DNA of 64,000 bases from Takakia lepidozioides (Eukaryota > Plantae > Bryophyta), in the NCBI GenBank assembly GCA_030704615.1, contig CM060733.1, forward strand, positions 19,406,001 through 19,470,000, read 5' to 3'. Below are positions 62,600-64,000 of the stretch, piece by piece (positions within the stretch are counted from its first letter, which is position 1; every line of letters starts with the position of its first letter). Made by a program: the position numbers and the translations under genes. The notes beneath the pieces were generated by a model. That model did not search any database. It saw only the letters and a program-made list of their open reading frames with translations, and was not told the DNA's origin.

Positions 62600-64000
62600 T
62601 CAAGATGCTTTTTGACCAAAAGACTCTGACAGAGACTGCACCTGAGATTCAAACGGTTTTTGGTTACCCCATGGGTCCTTAGAAAACCGTCGCATGGAGA
62701 ACTTCTCCAAGGGAAAACCAACACATACCCCAGTGAGGGCCAGATCAGCCATCACTCTACCCACAAGAGGTCCCATTTTAAAACCATGTCCGGAAAAGCC
62801 AGCAGCAACCAATATCCCACTGTTTCCAGTCCTTATCTGATCTCTCTTACTGTGGCCTGGGAATTGAACACCATTTTGGACAAAGGCTTCTATTTCAACT
62901 GTATCACCGTGATCAGGGTCAGCTGCCTCGGGCAACAGGGGCAACCTTTGATCCCTCTTTCCTGCATCTCTCCCACTTCCATTCTGTACAAAGAACCCTG
63001 ACCTGATATTCGGAATATTGATTCCAACCATCTCAGCTTTAGAACATGGAAGATAATCTAAAATAAAATCTTCATCAGGAGTCATGGAGTATACACATCC
63101 CTCTGCAATGATGGGGGCCTCTGACTTCACACTCCCTTTGAAACGTGATACCAGCCATGGGCTGACAACCCCCTTCAAGACCTCCATATTAGCGGCAACT
63201 GACCGCTTGTCAGGATCACAAGGTATGCCCGAATGAACAGAAACCTTCAGGAGACCAGGGTACTCAATGGACGGTGTTCCGTAGATATAAGGCTCACCAT
63301 AGTCTGCAAACACAGGGAACCCCCTTGCTGCTGAAAAAGCATCAGCGCTAGATTTCTCAACCGCCCAATATGCAGTGGATGTATGCAGTGGTCTGATCGG
63401 CAGCTCTAACCCTGAAATTTCTCTTACAATTTGGGGGGTCCAGGCACCTGCTGCTAGGAGACATGCACGACCTAGAGCAGCGCCCCGGACAGTTGCCAAC
63501 AAAATGCCGTCTGACCCATCTGGGAGTCTCCAGTTCGAGGACACCCTCAGCACTTTTGCTCTGTCTCTCAACACCGCACCATGTTTGGCTGCCAGGGCCT
63601 GAAACATTGCTACTGCCTTCGAAGCTCGAATTATTCCACCCTGAGCAGTGTACACAGCAAGCGAATTTTCTGGCAACTTGAATGCTGGAAAGCGGGTTGC
63701 AACTTCTTCAGGGCTCAGGACCTGGTGCGCAATCCCCTCCTTTTGAAGAGACGAAATAACAGCTTGAAGGCTCCCACTCTCACGGGGCCCAAAATCCAAC
63801 TGACCTGTTCGCTGGCATACCATATAGCCAGCTTCACTCTCTGCCTGTTCCCAAAGTTTGTAAGCTTCCTTCATCATGCGTATGTAATAGTCTTCAGGAT
63901 ACGTCACCCGGATGGTTCTAGATTCCCCATGTGACGAGCCCCTCCGATGGAGAAAATCGAACTGTTCCAGCAAGAGAACTGTCTTGCCCCTTTTTGCAAT
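62600..64000 (-). CDS. FAD-dependent sarcosine oxidase / L-pipecolate oxidase; 5' end beyond the window
   Basis: LLEQFDFLHRRGSSHGESRTIR, AAGAWT, EGCVYSMTPDEDFILD (flavinylation Cys), AGFSGHGFKMGP; continuous ORF. Confidence 0.93.
   Translation of the reverse strand: MAKRGKTVLLLEQFDFLHRRGSSHGESRTIRVTYPEDYYIRMMKEAYKLWEQAESEAGYMVCQRTGQLDFGPRESGSLQAVISSLQKEGIAHQVLSPEEVATRFPAFKLPENSLAVYTAQGGIIRASKAVAMFQALAAKHGAVLRDRAKVLRVSSNWRLPDGSDGILLATVRGAALGRACLLAAGAWTPQIVREISGLELPIRPLHTSTAYWAVEKSSADAFSAARGFPVFADYGEPYIYGTPSIEYPGLLKVSVHSGIPCDPDKRSVAANMEVLKGVVSPWLVSRFKGSVKSEAPIIAEGCVYSMTPDEDFILDYLPCSKAEMVGINIPNIRSGFFVQNGSGRDAGKRDQRLPLLPEAADPDHGDTVEIEAFVQNGVQFPGHSKRDQIRTGNSGILVAAGFSGHGFKMGPLVGRVMADLALTGVCVGFPLEKFSMRRFSKDPWGNQKPFESQVQSLSESFGQKAS

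Overview
Eukaryotic nuclear DNA, most likely from a non-seed land plant (inferred from the bryophyte-type TIR domain, PLS-DYW PPR genes and a Tcn1-type chromovirus). Host genes, all on the minus strand: a spliced TIR-NB-ARC-LRR gene running off the left edge with a non-LRR helical tail, a 10-exon serine carboxypeptidase-like gene with lesions, TopBP1/MEI1 (with an AT-AC and a GC-AG intron), a nearly intronless RHD3/Sey1 GTPase, and a sarcosine/pipecolate oxidase running off the right edge. Two convergent, decayed PLS-E-DYW PPR genes (about 23.2-28.7 kb) are each preceded by a near-identical ~280-bp module that is better conserved than the genes themselves, and a 257-bp hairpin lies next to them. 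The rest is transposon-derived: a Dualen/RandI-like RNase H + restriction-like-endonuclease LINE relic split by a MULE-type MITE, RTE and L1 fragments, stacked hAT MITEs, a tRNA-derived SINE, and a 10-kb Ty3/gypsy nest (a self-priming chromovirus containing its own inverted solo LTR, an inverted integrase segment and a truncated tRNA-Met-primed element). All coordinates and translations outside the ORF track were read by eye and may be off by a few bases; identities are visual estimates.
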